Shown: positions 19,721 through 30,230, counted from the first letter of the stretch. The stretch: DNA of 64,000 nucleotides from Deinococcales bacterium (GCA_043778225.1 JAYWGM010000079.1:14094-78093); one strand, 5' to 3'. Notes: generated from the letters alone by a model not told the origin. A program made the numbers and translations.

Positions 19721-19836
19721 AAAGGAAAAAAGGAAAAAGCGACCCAGCCCGCAGGGTGCGTGTTTAGGGTCAAGAAAGGTTAAGAGTTTAGACGGGTTTA
19801 CTTTTAACCTTTTAACCTTTTGACCTTTTAACCTTT
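19716..19836. repeat. (GTNAAAAG)n inverted array interrupted by a 38-bp micro-element
   Basis: Purine arm 19716-19785; pyrimidine arm cttttaac/cttttgac 19801-19836. Confidence 0.8.
19739..19776 (+). mobile_element. 38-bp structured micro-element, copy A
   Basis: GCGACCCAGCCCGCAGGGTGCGTGTTTAGGGTCAAGAA; aligns with 58408-58446 (+) and 58329-58366 (-). Confidence 0.65.
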
Positions 19837-19847
19837 AGAATGCTCAA

Positions 19848-20309
19848 GTGAGCTTGCCCGACCTCGACCCAAACGTACCCTTGCACCTTCGCAAAGCAGC
19901 GATGCGCGATGTTGAAGCAATGCTGCAACTGATTGCCCACTGGGCAAGGCGTGGCGCGATGCTGCCCAAATCTCGAGATGTGCTGTACACCCAAATCCGC
20001 GATTTTTACTTGCTCGAGACGATAGACAACGGCATGGCTGGGATTATCGGGCTGCATATTTTATGGTCAGACCTTGCCGAAGTGCGCTCTTTGGCGATTC
20101 ATCCCAATTTTCAGGGAAAAGGCTTGGGCAAACAGTTGGTCTACGGCATCGAACCCGAAGCTCGAGAACTCGGCATTTTGCGCTTATTTGCTTGGACACT
20201 CGAGCCGACTTTTTTTGTGCGCTGTGGTTACACCGAAATTCCGCTCGAGGAATTGCCACCCAAGGTTTATAAGGAATACCATAAGAACGCCATGGTCAAA
20301 CGGCTTTAA
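19848..20309 (+). CDS. GNAT N-acetyltransferase, short N-acetylglutamate synthase (ArgA)-like
   Basis: MLPKS, DLAEVRSLAI, QGKGLG, LPPKVY. Confidence 0.8.
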   Translation: MSLPDLDPNVPLHLRKAAMRDVEAMLQLIAHWARRGAMLPKSRDVLYTQIRDFYLLETIDNGMAGIIGLHILWSDLAEVRSLAIHPNFQGKGLGKQLVYGIEPEARELGILRLFAWTLEPTFFVRCGYTEIPLEELPPKVYKEYHKNAMVKRL

Positions 20310-20324
20310 GCGTAGAATCTGAGC

Positions 20325-20690
20325 ATGAATAGAAATGTGCTTGGAACAGACCTCGAGACTTGTTGCAGTAAACCATTGACTGGATATTTTAGAGATGGCT
20401 TGTGCCGCACCGACCAGACCGACCAAGGTTCGCACGTGATATGCGCCCGCGTGACCGACAAATTTCTCGAGTTCAGTCAATCCGTCGGCAATGACCTAAG
20501 CACCCCACGCCCAGAATACCGATTTAATGGCTTAAAACACGGCGATTGCTGGTGTTTGTGCGCCCTGCGCTGGGCAGAAGCCCTCGAAGCTGGAGTTGCA
20601 CCGCCTGTGCGCTTAGGCAGCACCAATATTAAAGCCCTTGAGTTTGTCGAGCTTGCAGACCTAAAGCAACACGCGCTCGAGATGAATTAA
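20325..20690 (+). CDS. DUF2237 family protein
   Basis: NVLG, PLTGYFRDG, GNDLSTPRP, WCLCALRW. Confidence 0.92.
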   Translation: MNRNVLGTDLETCCSKPLTGYFRDGLCRTDQTDQGSHVICARVTDKFLEFSQSVGNDLSTPRPEYRFNGLKHGDCWCLCALRWAEALEAGVAPPVRLGSTNIKALEFVELADLKQHALEMN

Positions 20691-21775
20691 CCGCGCCAGT
20701 CACGGCGCAGTAATCCGTACCTTTGCCAATCGTGGAAACGGGCATACAACCATTCGGCATCTCGAGTGACCGATTCTGGCTTAAACCCAAGGCGTTCAAT
20801 CACGGCTTTTGAAGCCGTATTCTCGAGCGCATGGGCAATCGAAACTCGGTGCAGATGAAGTTCAAAAAAAACATAGTCCAGCATGGCTCGAGCCGCTTTA
20901 TTCATGATGCCCCGACCCGTAAAATCTTTGGCAAGCCAATAGCCAAATTCGGTATCTTGGTGTTCCCAATCTATGAAGTGTAAGCCAATGATGCCGACCA
21001 GCCCACCGTCTAACCAGATTCCAGCACTAAAGCCATCAAAGTTCTTAAATTGATCTAAACTCGAGGAAATAAAATTTTTGAAATGCGCTGGCGAGGTATT
21101 CAAATCCACCCATGGCAAAAACCTGCGAAGGTGTTCACGGCTGGGTTCAATCGCCTCAAAAATGCTTTGGGCATGATTTAACTCGAGCAGACGCAGTTCT
21201 AAAGCATCACCAAGCGGTTTGGAAAAATATGCTGCCCGACTTCGCCTATCCCTGTCCAACAACGACCAGACCTGATGCGAAACCCTCGAGCCTCGTAAAG
21301 TGCGGTCTTCTCGAGCCAGACCCTCGAGCAAAAACCCAAGTTTTTCGGCAACCCGCTGGCTTGGCTTATTATCAGTCGCACAACAGAGTTGAATTCGATT
21401 GAGACCAAGTTCAGAAAAAGCGTAATCGAGTAAGCTCGAGACCGCCTTGGTGATGATGCCCCGACCCGCAAAAGGCGCTCCAATCCAATAGCCGACTTCG
21501 GCTTTACGATGGGTTGTATTGACATCAAATAAACTGACCACCCCAACCAATTGCGCACCGAGCCAAATTCCAAAATTCCCAGAACCATCTTTGATGTATT
21601 TTTCTCGAGAGCGACGAATAAAGTCCTCGGCAGTAATCAGCGTTGCCAAATCCACAAAACCAAGGTAACGCCGCAAGTGGGTTCGGCTTGAGTTTATTAA
21701 AGCAAACAAAATTTCGCTGTGATGCAATTCAAAATGCCGCAACTCGAGATTTGGTTCTATTGCTAAAGAAAACAT
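20687..21775 (-). CDS. Tandem-domain GNAT acetyltransferase (RimJ/RimL family)
   Basis: Two repeats of the EVGYW/EFGYW..GRGI..N..S..V.EKLGF module. Confidence 0.88.
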   Translation of the reverse strand: MFSLAIEPNLELRHFELHHSEILFALINSSRTHLRRYLGFVDLATLITAEDFIRRSREKYIKDGSGNFGIWLGAQLVGVVSLFDVNTTHRKAEVGYWIGAPFAGRGIITKAVSSLLDYAFSELGLNRIQLCCATDNKPSQRVAEKLGFLLEGLAREDRTLRGSRVSHQVWSLLDRDRRSRAAYFSKPLGDALELRLLELNHAQSIFEAIEPSREHLRRFLPWVDLNTSPAHFKNFISSSLDQFKNFDGFSAGIWLDGGLVGIIGLHFIDWEHQDTEFGYWLAKDFTGRGIMNKAARAMLDYVFFELHLHRVSIAHALENTASKAVIERLGFKPESVTRDAEWLYARFHDWQRYGLLRRDWRG

Positions 21776-21785
21776 GGGTTAAACT

Positions 21786-22457
21786 TTAACGCAACTCGAG
21801 CAGGTCAGCCAATGCCTGCGGGTTGACCACCCAAACACGTCGTTTCTCGAGCCGAATAAACCCCATGCGGTAAAACTCGCCAAGTTTACGCGAAACCAAT
21901 TCTGGCACAGTCCCCAATTCGGAAGCCAACAACGAATTTGGCGGCAACAACCAACCGCTCGAATCCGCATTCTCGAGCAAGACCCGCGCCACTCGAGCAT
22001 TCAAATCGGCAAAAAACACTTGGTCTACCCGACGCAACAACGCCCCAGACCGCGAAACCACAAAACGCAATAATGTATTGGCTAAAGCTGCATCAGAAGT
22101 CACCAACGCCTCGAGTTGCAAAGCATCCAGACTCAGCACCACACCCACCTCGAGCATTTGAGCAGAAACCGAATAACACCGTTCAGAAGACCATAAACTC
22201 TGGATACCCAGTACGGCTCGAGCCGACAAGACCGCCACCGTGAATTCTCGAGCTAGACTGGTTAAGCAAAATGTTCTGGCAACACCCGAGACAATCACAA
22301 AAACTCGAGAAACCGAATCGCCTGCGGCAAAAAGTAACTCGCCACGCTGCAAAGTTAAGCACATACTGCCCTCGAGAAGTCGCTCAAGCATTGGCACAGT
22401 CAGACCACGAAAAGCGGCTGTTCGCTGCAAAACAAGAACTTGCTGCTCGAGAACCAT
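21786..22457 (-). CDS. Crp/Fnr family transcriptional regulator
   Basis: cNMP-like domain (GELLFAAGD) plus HTH LASELGTVPELVSRKL. Confidence 0.88.
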   Translation of the reverse strand: MVLEQQVLVLQRTAAFRGLTVPMLERLLEGSMCLTLQRGELLFAAGDSVSRVFVIVSGVARTFCLTSLAREFTVAVLSARAVLGIQSLWSSERCYSVSAQMLEVGVVLSLDALQLEALVTSDAALANTLLRFVVSRSGALLRRVDQVFFADLNARVARVLLENADSSGWLLPPNSLLASELGTVPELVSRKLGEFYRMGFIRLEKRRVWVVNPQALADLLELR

Positions 22458-22465
22458 GACCTATT

Positions 22466-22711
22466 CTACAAAGCAAAATGGGAATGCGCCTTGGCGATAA
22501 AACTTGTCCATTCTGGAGGCACATCGTCATTCGCAAAAATTGCACCTGTCGGACAGACACTGATACACATTCCGCAAATAATGCACTCGTCAGGATGAAT
22601 AAAAAACTGGTCTTCACCCTCATAAATACAATCCATAGGGCAAACCTGAACACAAGCGCCATCTTTTTTGCCAATACATGGCTCGGTAATCACTGCATAA
22701 GAATTTTTCAC
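22466..22711 (-). CDS. Dicluster ferredoxin
   Basis: [21 protein letters not shown] and [12 protein letters not shown]. Confidence 0.93.
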   Translation of the reverse strand: MKNSYAVITEPCIGKKDGACVQVCPMDCIYEGEDQFFIHPDECIICGMCISVCPTGAIFANDDVPPEWTSFIAKAHSHFAL

Positions 22712-22745
22712 ACGTTCAGTTTGCCTCGAGCAGCCAAAAAAGTCT

Positions 22746-22759
22746 TTGACTTAGGTCAA
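22746..22759. promoter_or_regulatory. Crp/Fnr-type binding site TTGAC-N4-GTCAA
   Basis: Perfect palindrome centred 41.5 nt upstream of the ferredoxin GTG. Confidence 0.7.
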
Positions 22760-22794
22760 GCACAAAAAATAGCAAAATTTACTAGAATTGAGTT

Positions 22795-23025
22795 ATGAAT
22801 ATCTCTCTAACCAACGAACTGCAACAATGGATTCAACAAAAAGTGGCTTCTGGACATTATCAAACCTCGAGCGAGTTCGTGCGCGAAGCCCTACGCGCTC
22901 AAATTCAACGAGAAGAAAAACTCGAGTCTTTACGCAGCACCATCAACGAAGGCTGGCAAGACCTTGAAGCGGGGCGCACCATCAGTCTCGAGGAGTTAAA
23001 AGCACGAACCCAAAACAAAATATGA
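22795..23025 (+). CDS. ParD-type antitoxin (RHH)
   Basis: MNISLT..VASGHYQTSSEFVREALR. Confidence 0.9.
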   Translation: MNISLTNELQQWIQQKVASGHYQTSSEFVREALRAQIQREEKLESLRSTINEGWQDLEAGRTISLEELKARTQNKI

Positions 23026-23309
23026 TTCCAATTATTACCGAACGCGCTGCCTCAGATATTCTTGGAATTTTTGACTTTCGAGGCGAAAAATCAGCGCAAT
23101 TAACGGTCAATGAAATCCTTAAAACAATTACTGACCTTGAAATTTTCCCATTGCTTGGGCGTTCTCGAGACGAATTGCGAAAAGGCACACGCAGCCTCGT
23201 GATGCGAAAATACCTGATTTTTTACACGATTTTTCAAAACACACCCGTTATACCGAGGGTCGTTCATGGCAGTCGTGACCCCGAGACTTTATTTGAAAAC
23301 GAACCATGA
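23022..23309 (+). CDS. ParE/RelE family toxin
   Basis: AASDI..FPLLGRSRDEL..YLIFY..RVVHGSRD; ATGA overlap with antitoxin. Confidence 0.9.
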   Translation: MIPIITERAASDILGIFDFRGEKSAQLTVNEILKTITDLEIFPLLGRSRDELRKGTRSLVMRKYLIFYTIFQNTPVIPRVVHGSRDPETLFENEP

Positions 23310-23331
23310 GCCTTTAAGGTTAGAATAACCC

Positions 23332-24450
23332 ATGCAAGAAATTCATAATTACCTAGGACAAAACACCAACGCCATGCTGACCGACATCGAAAAATTGGTG
23401 CGGCTCGAGTCACCATCTCGAGATGCCGCCGCGATTAACCTTGTGCAAGATGCGCTGCAAACCATGCTCGAGCCAATGGGAACAGTCAAACGCCACAGTC
23501 ACGAATTGGGCGATATTCTGCACGTCCAGATTCAAGGAAACTCGAGTGAGCGCGTGCTGCTGATGGGTCATGCTGACACGGTTTACCCGCACGGCACTTG
23601 GAAAAGTAATTGGCGGGTCGAAGGCGAAAAAGTCTTTGCGCCCGGCAGCTATGACATGAAAGCCGGTATTATCCAAGCAATTTGGGCATTAAAAGCGATT
23701 TTTGAGGCTGGCAAAACCCCAAGTTGCACCGTGGATTTTCTGGTCACACCCGACGAGGAAATTGCCAGTCATGCCGGACGACCGTTTATCGAAGGACTCG
23801 CCAAAGGCGCAAAAGCGGTGCTGGTTCTCGAGCCACCGCACTTAAATGGAGATTTGAAAGTCGCACGAAAAGGTGTAGGCGGCTACCGTGTTTTTATTCG
23901 TGGCAAAGCCGCTCACCAAGGCACAGAACCCGAAAATGGACGCAATGCAATTGTCAGCACAGCGCATTTAATTACCGAAGTGATCAAACTCCAAGATTTA
24001 GCCAAAGGCACGACCCTCGGACCAAACGTGATTCAAGGCGGCAGTGTCATGAATGTAGTCGCCGACGAAGTTTACCTCGAGATTGACATTCGTGTTTGGA
24101 CAGAGGAAGAAGCGACTCGAGTAGACCAAGAAATTCGTAAAATCGTACCGCTCGAGGGAACAACTTATGAAATTTTGGATGGCTTAAACCGCCCCGCAAT
24201 GGAACCCTCTGACGGCACTTGGGTACTGCTCGAGAAAGCCCAGAAAATTGCTAATGCCCTAGGCTTTAACCCGGGCGCGGCTCGAGTTGGCGGCGGTTCA
24301 GATGGAAATTTCACCGCGAAACTCGCACCAACCATAGATGGCTTTGGCGCATTTGGCGCAAACGCCCATCAGAAGGAACTCGAGTACATAAACATTCCAA
24401 GCCTTGCGCCACGGGCAGCCCTCATAGCTGGAATGCTCCTCGAGATTTGA
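23332..24450 (+). CDS. M20 family metallopeptidase (glutamate carboxypeptidase-like)
   Basis: GHADTV, DMKAG, PDEE, LEP, GGGSDGN, AH motifs. Confidence 0.92.
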   Translation: MQEIHNYLGQNTNAMLTDIEKLVRLESPSRDAAAINLVQDALQTMLEPMGTVKRHSHELGDILHVQIQGNSSERVLLMGHADTVYPHGTWKSNWRVEGEKVFAPGSYDMKAGIIQAIWALKAIFEAGKTPSCTVDFLVTPDEEIASHAGRPFIEGLAKGAKAVLVLEPPHLNGDLKVARKGVGGYRVFIRGKAAHQGTEPENGRNAIVSTAHLITEVIKLQDLAKGTTLGPNVIQGGSVMNVVADEVYLEIDIRVWTEEEATRVDQEIRKIVPLEGTTYEILDGLNRPAMEPSDGTWVLLEKAQKIANALGFNPGAARVGGGSDGNFTAKLAPTIDGFGAFGANAHQKELEYINIPSLAPRAALIAGMLLEI

Positions 24451-24453
24451 GCC

Positions 24454-24915
24454 ATGCTAAAGTTTCGAGAAGCCACCATAGCCGACCTGAACCAAATGCT
24501 CATTTGGCGCGGTCAATCCCAAGCATCCCAAGAAGCCATTACTCGAGAATTTGATTCATTAGAAACAGGAAAAACAACTATTTTTCTGGCATTTGAAGCA
24601 CAACAATTGATTGGAACAGTGCAACTGAGCTTCGACCACACCGACCCTGAAATGATTCGTGACGCTGTTTACTTGCAAGCAATCGAGGTTCACAGTGCAT
24701 TCAGACAACAAGGCATTGCCACTGCCTTATGCCAGTTGCTCGAGACCAAAGCAGCCCAAAAAGGATATTCACGAATCACCGTAGAAATCGAACCCGATAA
24801 CTTACCGTCAATCAGATTTTTTCAAAAATACGATTACCTCGAGTTCAAACAATCCGAATTTACGTGGGACGGCGAAATACTGCCCGTGATTTGCTTTGAA
24901 AAATACCTCAAATAA
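24454..24915 (+). CDS. GNAT N-acetyltransferase
   Basis: V.SAFRQQGIA motif A; N..SIRFF. Confidence 0.85.
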   Translation: MLKFREATIADLNQMLIWRGQSQASQEAITREFDSLETGKTTIFLAFEAQQLIGTVQLSFDHTDPEMIRDAVYLQAIEVHSAFRQQGIATALCQLLETKAAQKGYSRITVEIEPDNLPSIRFFQKYDYLEFKQSEFTWDGEILPVICFEKYLK

Positions 24916-24916
24916 A

Positions 24917-24943
24917 ACGGGGATTTGCAGAACAAATCCCCGT
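24917..24943. terminator. Hairpin between convergent GNAT and nuoN; likely terminator of the nuo operon
   Basis: ACGGGGATTTG-5nt-CAAATCCCCGT, T-run on the minus strand. Confidence 0.75.
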
Positions 24944-24959
24944 GCAAAAGTACAAACAA

Positions 24960-26390
24960 TCATCTCGAGGCAATAATGCCGATATTAGCAACCAAGTTTG
25001 TGACCAGACTTGGCAGAACACCGAGCAACACAACGCCAATTGCACAGACAATCATCACGGCTCGAGACATACCGCTTGAAAGGTCTGGGAGGGCAAAACC
25101 TTTGGGTTCGGCGAACCACATTAGGGCAACAGGTCGCAGGTAATAGTAGACACTGACTGCACTGGTGAGGGCTGCCAGAATGACCAAACCGTAAAAACCA
25201 GCTTGGGCAGCGCCAGCAAAAATCAGGTACTTGCCCATAAAACCAGCCAAGGGCGGAATGCCAGCCAAGGCAATCAGAAAAAGCGCCAGCATTGAAGCTA
25301 AGAACGGGTTTCTCGAGCCTAGTCCAGCTAAACTGTCCACTTTAATACCATCATCGGATGGAGAGATGCTGTTTAAGACTGCAAATGCACCCGCATTCAT
25401 CAGGGCATAGGCTGCCATGTAAAAAAGTGCCGCAGGAAATGCCTGTGCTGGACTCGAGAGAACCGCCAAACCAATGTAGCCCGCATGGGCAATACTCGAG
25501 TACGCCAGCATTCGCTTAAAATTGGTTTGACGCAGTGCAGCTAAATTACCAATCATTAGGGTTAGCGCAATTAAGAACTGGGCTGGCGTTTGCCAACCCG
25601 CCACGCTCGGCAGTGCCTCACCAAAAATTCGGAGCATCCCCGCAAAGGCTGCGGCTTTGACACCAACACTCATGTACTGCGTAACGGCGATGGGCGCACC
25701 TGTGTAGACATCTGGAGTCCACTGGTGAAACGGCGCAAAAGCAACCTTAAAACCAAAGCCAATCAGAATAAAAAGCGCTCCGACCGCCACAATTGGCGTA
25801 TTGGCAGGTGAACTCGAGACAGCGGTACGGATTGCCTCGAGCGCAAAAGTTCCCGTGCCACCAAAAACCAAGGCAATACCAAAAATTAGAATCGCACTGG
25901 CAAAAGAACCCAAGAGAAAATACTTCATGCCAGCTTCTTCGGATTGCTGTCGGGCTTGGAAACTGGTCAGAATATAGACACTAAGGCTCATGACTTCAAA
26001 ACCGATCAGCATCACAATTAAATCCTTGGAATGAACCAACAACATCGTGCCACAAATGGCGTACAACATAATCGCGTAGAACTCGGCGGGAAACGAACCC
26101 GAGCGCACGATTCCGTCGCTGCTCGAGGCAATCGCCGCAATACCAGCCAGAATCAGAATGACACTGAAACCCAAGGCAAAATTATCCGCCAAAAACGCAC
26201 CATTAAAACTCGAGAGACGCTGATTCCACAAGGCAACCGTCCAGCCAAGCGCCACCACAAGCCCCATTGCCGACAGCCCCGCGATGCCACGGCGAGTTGT
26301 ATAAAATGGCAAGACCGTTGCAAAAACAGCCGTGATTAAAACCACAAGAATGGGCATCAAAGACAACACGTTGACATCTGGCGGGGTCAT
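24960..26390 (-). CDS. nuoN: NADH-quinone oxidoreductase subunit N
   Basis: EAGMKYF, FKVAFAPFHQWTPDVYTGAP, KRMLAYSSIAH. Confidence 0.95.
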   Translation of the reverse strand: MTPPDVNVLSLMPILVVLITAVFATVLPFYTTRRGIAGLSAMGLVVALGWTVALWNQRLSSFNGAFLADNFALGFSVILILAGIAAIASSSDGIVRSGSFPAEFYAIMLYAICGTMLLVHSKDLIVMLIGFEVMSLSVYILTSFQARQQSEEAGMKYFLLGSFASAILIFGIALVFGGTGTFALEAIRTAVSSSPANTPIVAVGALFILIGFGFKVAFAPFHQWTPDVYTGAPIAVTQYMSVGVKAAAFAGMLRIFGEALPSVAGWQTPAQFLIALTLMIGNLAALRQTNFKRMLAYSSIAHAGYIGLAVLSSPAQAFPAALFYMAAYALMNAGAFAVLNSISPSDDGIKVDSLAGLGSRNPFLASMLALFLIALAGIPPLAGFMGKYLIFAGAAQAGFYGLVILAALTSAVSVYYYLRPVALMWFAEPKGFALPDLSSGMSRAVMIVCAIGVVLLGVLPSLVTNLVANIGIIASR

Positions 26391-27883
26391 TTATTTGCCT
26401 CCAATACAATTCCGTACAGTTGCGCCACAACAGGTTTGACCAACTCGAGGGCAGGGGCGCTGTACACGCCAAAGAACACAACCAGTGCGACAATAGGTAC
26501 AAGAACTCGCCATTCTCGAGGTGATAAGTCTGCAACGGTGTGTGTGGCTTCTTCGTACCAAGTTTTTTGATAAGCCGTCAGCGCGAAGGCTGCACTGGCA
26601 ACCACCGTAGTGACAGCAATAGCAGCCATCCACGGGTTGGCTTGGTATGCGCCTAGTAAAATGCTGTACTCGCCAATAAAACCAGCTAAGCCCGGCACGC
26701 CAATGCTGGCAAACCAGAGCAGCAATGCCACTCCTGCAAAGGCTGGGGCGCTTGCAGCGAGTCCGCGAACCCGTCCAATCTCGAGGGCGCGGTCAAGGGC
26801 TTTTTCTTTGGTTTCGTCGCCGCCCTCGAGCATAATAAAACGTCGTTCGAGCATCCCGACCACCAAGAACAACCCGCTCGAGTAAATGCCTTGGAAGGCA
26901 AGCAGCAGCATTGCGCCACTTGCTCCAGCTGGATGCAGACTGAACACGCCAAGAGCAACCAAGCCCATGTGGGAGATGCCTGAGTATGCCAGTAAGCGCT
27001 TAAAATCGGTTTGGGCAAAGGCAATCCACGCGGCATAAATAGCAGTGAAGGCAGCCAGTAGCATCCAAATCCATTGGTAATTATTAGCAACATCTGGAAA
27101 GAGTGGCAAGGCAAACCTAAACAAACCGTAGCCTCCAACTTTGTAGAGTGTTCCCATTAAGTCTGCCACACCACTCGGATGATTCTGGGCGTGAAATTCT
27201 GGCAACCAAGCGTGCATAGGAAACAACGGGGTTTTGACCGCGAAAGCAATCAAGAAGCCAAGGAACAACCAGACCTGCTGCCATTCTGGGATATTCCGTA
27301 CACCACGCAGCAAATCCTCGAGCAGAAAGGTTGGCGAACCCGACAAAAGGCGTGTAGCAATGATACTGACCAGCATCAGCAAACCACCAAAAACCGTATA
27401 AAGCGCCATTGTGGTTAGCGCTTTGACTCGAGTGATGCGACCATACCGCCCAAGCAAAAATAAACTCGGGATAAGCGTCGCCTCAAAGAACACATAAAAC
27501 AGAATCAGGTCTCGAGCCGCGTAAATACCAAGAATACCAGTCTGCATGGCAAGGGCAAGCGGATAGAACGCAGCTAACTTGCCATCGTCTCGAGTGGTTA
27601 AGTAATACAAGCCAAGCGGAACCATCAGTGCTGTGACCAACGAAAGCAGTAACGAAACACCATCGGTACCGACTGCAAATTTAACGCCCAGACCGGGCAA
27701 CCAATCCACAACCGTTGAGAATTTCTCGAAACTCGAGCCACCCAACCAAATGTACACACCCAAAGCTAAATGTGCCACGCCAGCCAGCACGGCGAATTTT
27801 CCTCGAGATGCCTTAGGTACTGCCAAAGACAAAAACGCCACCAGCAACGGCACAAAAATAAAAGCAATCAAAACCCAATTCAT
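26387..27883 (-). CDS. nuoM: NADH-quinone oxidoreductase subunit M
   Basis: FYVFFE, VKTPLFPMHAWLP, LAYSGISHMG. Confidence 0.95.
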   Translation of the reverse strand: MNWVLIAFIFVPLLVAFLSLAVPKASRGKFAVLAGVAHLALGVYIWLGGSSFEKFSTVVDWLPGLGVKFAVGTDGVSLLLSLVTALMVPLGLYYLTTRDDGKLAAFYPLALAMQTGILGIYAARDLILFYVFFEATLIPSLFLLGRYGRITRVKALTTMALYTVFGGLLMLVSIIATRLLSGSPTFLLEDLLRGVRNIPEWQQVWLFLGFLIAFAVKTPLFPMHAWLPEFHAQNHPSGVADLMGTLYKVGGYGLFRFALPLFPDVANNYQWIWMLLAAFTAIYAAWIAFAQTDFKRLLAYSGISHMGLVALGVFSLHPAGASGAMLLLAFQGIYSSGLFLVVGMLERRFIMLEGGDETKEKALDRALEIGRVRGLAASAPAFAGVALLLWFASIGVPGLAGFIGEYSILLGAYQANPWMAAIAVTTVVASAAFALTAYQKTWYEEATHTVADLSPREWRVLVPIVALVVFFGVYSAPALELVKPVVAQLYGIVLEANK

Positions 27884-27911
27884 GCCAGACCCCCAACCAT
27901 CACACCGCGAT

Positions 27912-29873
27912 TCATGCGAACCCCCGCAGAATTAAAAAGCCAATCAGGGCGACTGTGCCAATCAGGATCGAAATGCCGTAACCTCGAGCAAATCCATTTT
28001 GCCAGAACGACAAACTCGAGCCAGCCTCACCGACCTGTTCGCCAAGCACTTGCGCGCTGGCTTGCACACCGCTTTTGTCCACAATGCCAAGAAATAAAGC
28101 TGCGACTTGAGACGGATTACCCAGCACAAAATCGTAGACCTTATCCAGAAAAAGCGCGTTTCTCGAGGCATTCCCAAAAGAATTTGGAATTTCTGCCACG
28201 ACTCTTGCGCCGTCACGTTTGAGGAAATAATTTGTTACAAAGTAACCCAAAATAACCGCCAAAACACTAAAAATAATCGGAAGGAATTCGACAATTCCCT
28301 CGAGTTTGATCATCCCATCAGCGTTATGGGCAACTTTCTCGAGGTACGGTTCGATGAGGTTCACGTTCTTACCCAGAAAATGCGGTAATCCGATGAATCC
28401 ACCAATCACACTGAAAACCGCCAGAATCATCAGTGGTACGGTCATGACTACGCCAGATTCGTGCGGATGCTCATGACCTCGGTAATCGCCTAGGAAGACC
28501 AGTGCGTACCAACGCCACATATAGGCAGCCGTCATTGAAGCAACAATCACCATAACCGCAAATAAAAGTACATTGCCCGCCTCGCCGCCAACAAACGGCG
28601 ATTTAAGCGTACCCTCGAGAATCGCGTCCTTCGAGAAAAACCCAGCCAGTAGTGGCACGCCCATAATCGCCAGCGTCCCAATCAACGAAACAAGATGTGT
28701 GGTTGGTAGCGCCCCACGTAAGCCGCCCATTTTCCGCACATCCTGCTCACCTTCGAGGGCATGAATGACACTGCCCGACGATAAAAACAAGAGGGCTTTG
28801 AAGAACGCATGGGTTAGCACATGGAAAATACCAGCCCAGTACGCACCGCAACCCACCGCCACGAACATAAACCCAAGTTGCGAAACGGTACTGTATGCCA
28901 GAATTTTCTTAATATCAGTTTGGGCAATGGCACATACCGCGCCATAAGCAGCGGTTGCCGCGCCAACCCAAGCCACCCAACCCGAAGCCACGGGTGCATT
29001 GGCAAAAAGCTCTGAGTTTCGTGCCACGAGGTACACACCAGCCGTGACCATCGTCGCCGCGTGAATAAGGGCGCTTACTGGAGTCGGACCCGCCATTGCA
29101 TCGGGCAACCATGTCGAAAGTGGCAACTGAGCGCTTTTACCTGCCGCACCAAGCATCAAGAACAAACACGCCAACTCGAGACCGGGTGCGCCATACGCCA
29201 CCGTGTTCCTCGAGACTTGCCCCACCAGTGGCACATTGACCGAACCAAAGGATTCTTTAAGTTCGTGCAGATTAAGCGTACCGAATTCCTTAAAAAGTAA
29301 AAACATCCCGAGCATCAAAAACGCATCGCCAATCCGATTGACGATAAAGGCTTTACGCGCCGCATTAGAATTATTGAAATCCTTGTACCAAAAACCAATT
29401 AAAAGAAAACTCGCCACGCCCACGCCTTCCCAACCAATAAACAGCACAGGCAAAGAATCGGCAAGCACCAGAATCAGCATGAATGCCACGAAGAAATTGA
29501 GGTAGGCAAAGAACCTCGAGAAACCAGGGTCTTTGTGCATATACCCAATCGCAAAGACATGAATCAGAAACCCAATCCCCGTGATAATTAGGGTCATCAG
29601 GCTCGAGAGTTGATCGAGGGCAAAACCCATGTACAACGATTTGCCCTCGCCACCAATGAATGGTAAGAATTCCCAAAGCTGCACGTGCCACTGCTTACCT
29701 TCGGCTAAACCAAGCGTACCAAAGAAACCAAGCACCGCCATCACAAACGACACCAGAATCATACCACTTGCCACAAAACCCGAAGTCGGCTCAGGAAGTT
29801 GCTTACCAAACGCAATTAGAAGCAACCACCCAAGAAGCGGTGGAACAATCATCAAATAAAAAATAGATTCCAC
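27912..29873 (-). CDS. nuoL: NADH-quinone oxidoreductase subunit L
   Basis: GWEGVG, NRIGD, KSAQLPL.TWLPDAMAGPTPVSALIHAATMV. Confidence 0.96.
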   Translation of the reverse strand: MESIFYLMIVPPLLGWLLLIAFGKQLPEPTSGFVASGMILVSFVMAVLGFFGTLGLAEGKQWHVQLWEFLPFIGGEGKSLYMGFALDQLSSLMTLIITGIGFLIHVFAIGYMHKDPGFSRFFAYLNFFVAFMLILVLADSLPVLFIGWEGVGVASFLLIGFWYKDFNNSNAARKAFIVNRIGDAFLMLGMFLLFKEFGTLNLHELKESFGSVNVPLVGQVSRNTVAYGAPGLELACLFLMLGAAGKSAQLPLSTWLPDAMAGPTPVSALIHAATMVTAGVYLVARNSELFANAPVASGWVAWVGAATAAYGAVCAIAQTDIKKILAYSTVSQLGFMFVAVGCGAYWAGIFHVLTHAFFKALLFLSSGSVIHALEGEQDVRKMGGLRGALPTTHLVSLIGTLAIMGVPLLAGFFSKDAILEGTLKSPFVGGEAGNVLLFAVMVIVASMTAAYMWRWYALVFLGDYRGHEHPHESGVVMTVPLMILAVFSVIGGFIGLPHFLGKNVNLIEPYLEKVAHNADGMIKLEGIVEFLPIIFSVLAVILGYFVTNYFLKRDGARVVAEIPNSFGNASRNALFLDKVYDFVLGNPSQVAALFLGIVDKSGVQASAQVLGEQVGEAGSSLSFWQNGFARGYGISILIGTVALIGFLILRGFA

Positions 29874-29876
29874 AAT

Positions 29877-30179
29877 TTATCCCTTCAAACTCGAGAGTTC
29901 ATCCACATTCGTAGAAACCCGTTTACGGAAAATTGCCACGATAATCCCAAGCCCAATGGCAACTTCGGCAGCCGCCAGCGTCAGAATAATAAACACGGCT
30001 GTTTGCGCCTCGAGATTGCCCCAAGCCCGAGCAAACGCTACCAACACCAGATTAGCACTGTTCAGCATTAACTCGACACACAAGAACATTTGAATCACAC
30101 TACGGCGCATCAAAAAACCAACTGCGCCAATCGAAAATAAAATACCCGCAAGGGCAATGTAATACGGCGTTTCAACCAT
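29877..30179 (-). CDS. nuoK: NADH-quinone oxidoreductase subunit K
   Basis: ELMLNS, AAAEVAIGL. Confidence 0.95.
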   Translation of the reverse strand: MVETPYYIALAGILFSIGAVGFLMRRSVIQMFLCVELMLNSANLVLVAFARAWGNLEAQTAVFIILTLAAAEVAIGLGIIVAIFRKRVSTNVDELSSLKG

Positions 30180-30194
30180 GATGTCCTCTCAGTT

Positions 30195-30218
30195 GGGCGA
30201 GGCAAGCCCCGCCCCTAC
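30195..30218 (-). repeat. GTAG-type REP
   Basis: Minus strand GTAGGGGCGGGGCTTGCCTCGCCC; identical to 32210-32233. Confidence 0.85.
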
Positions 30219-30230
30219 GGTGATTTTGGG

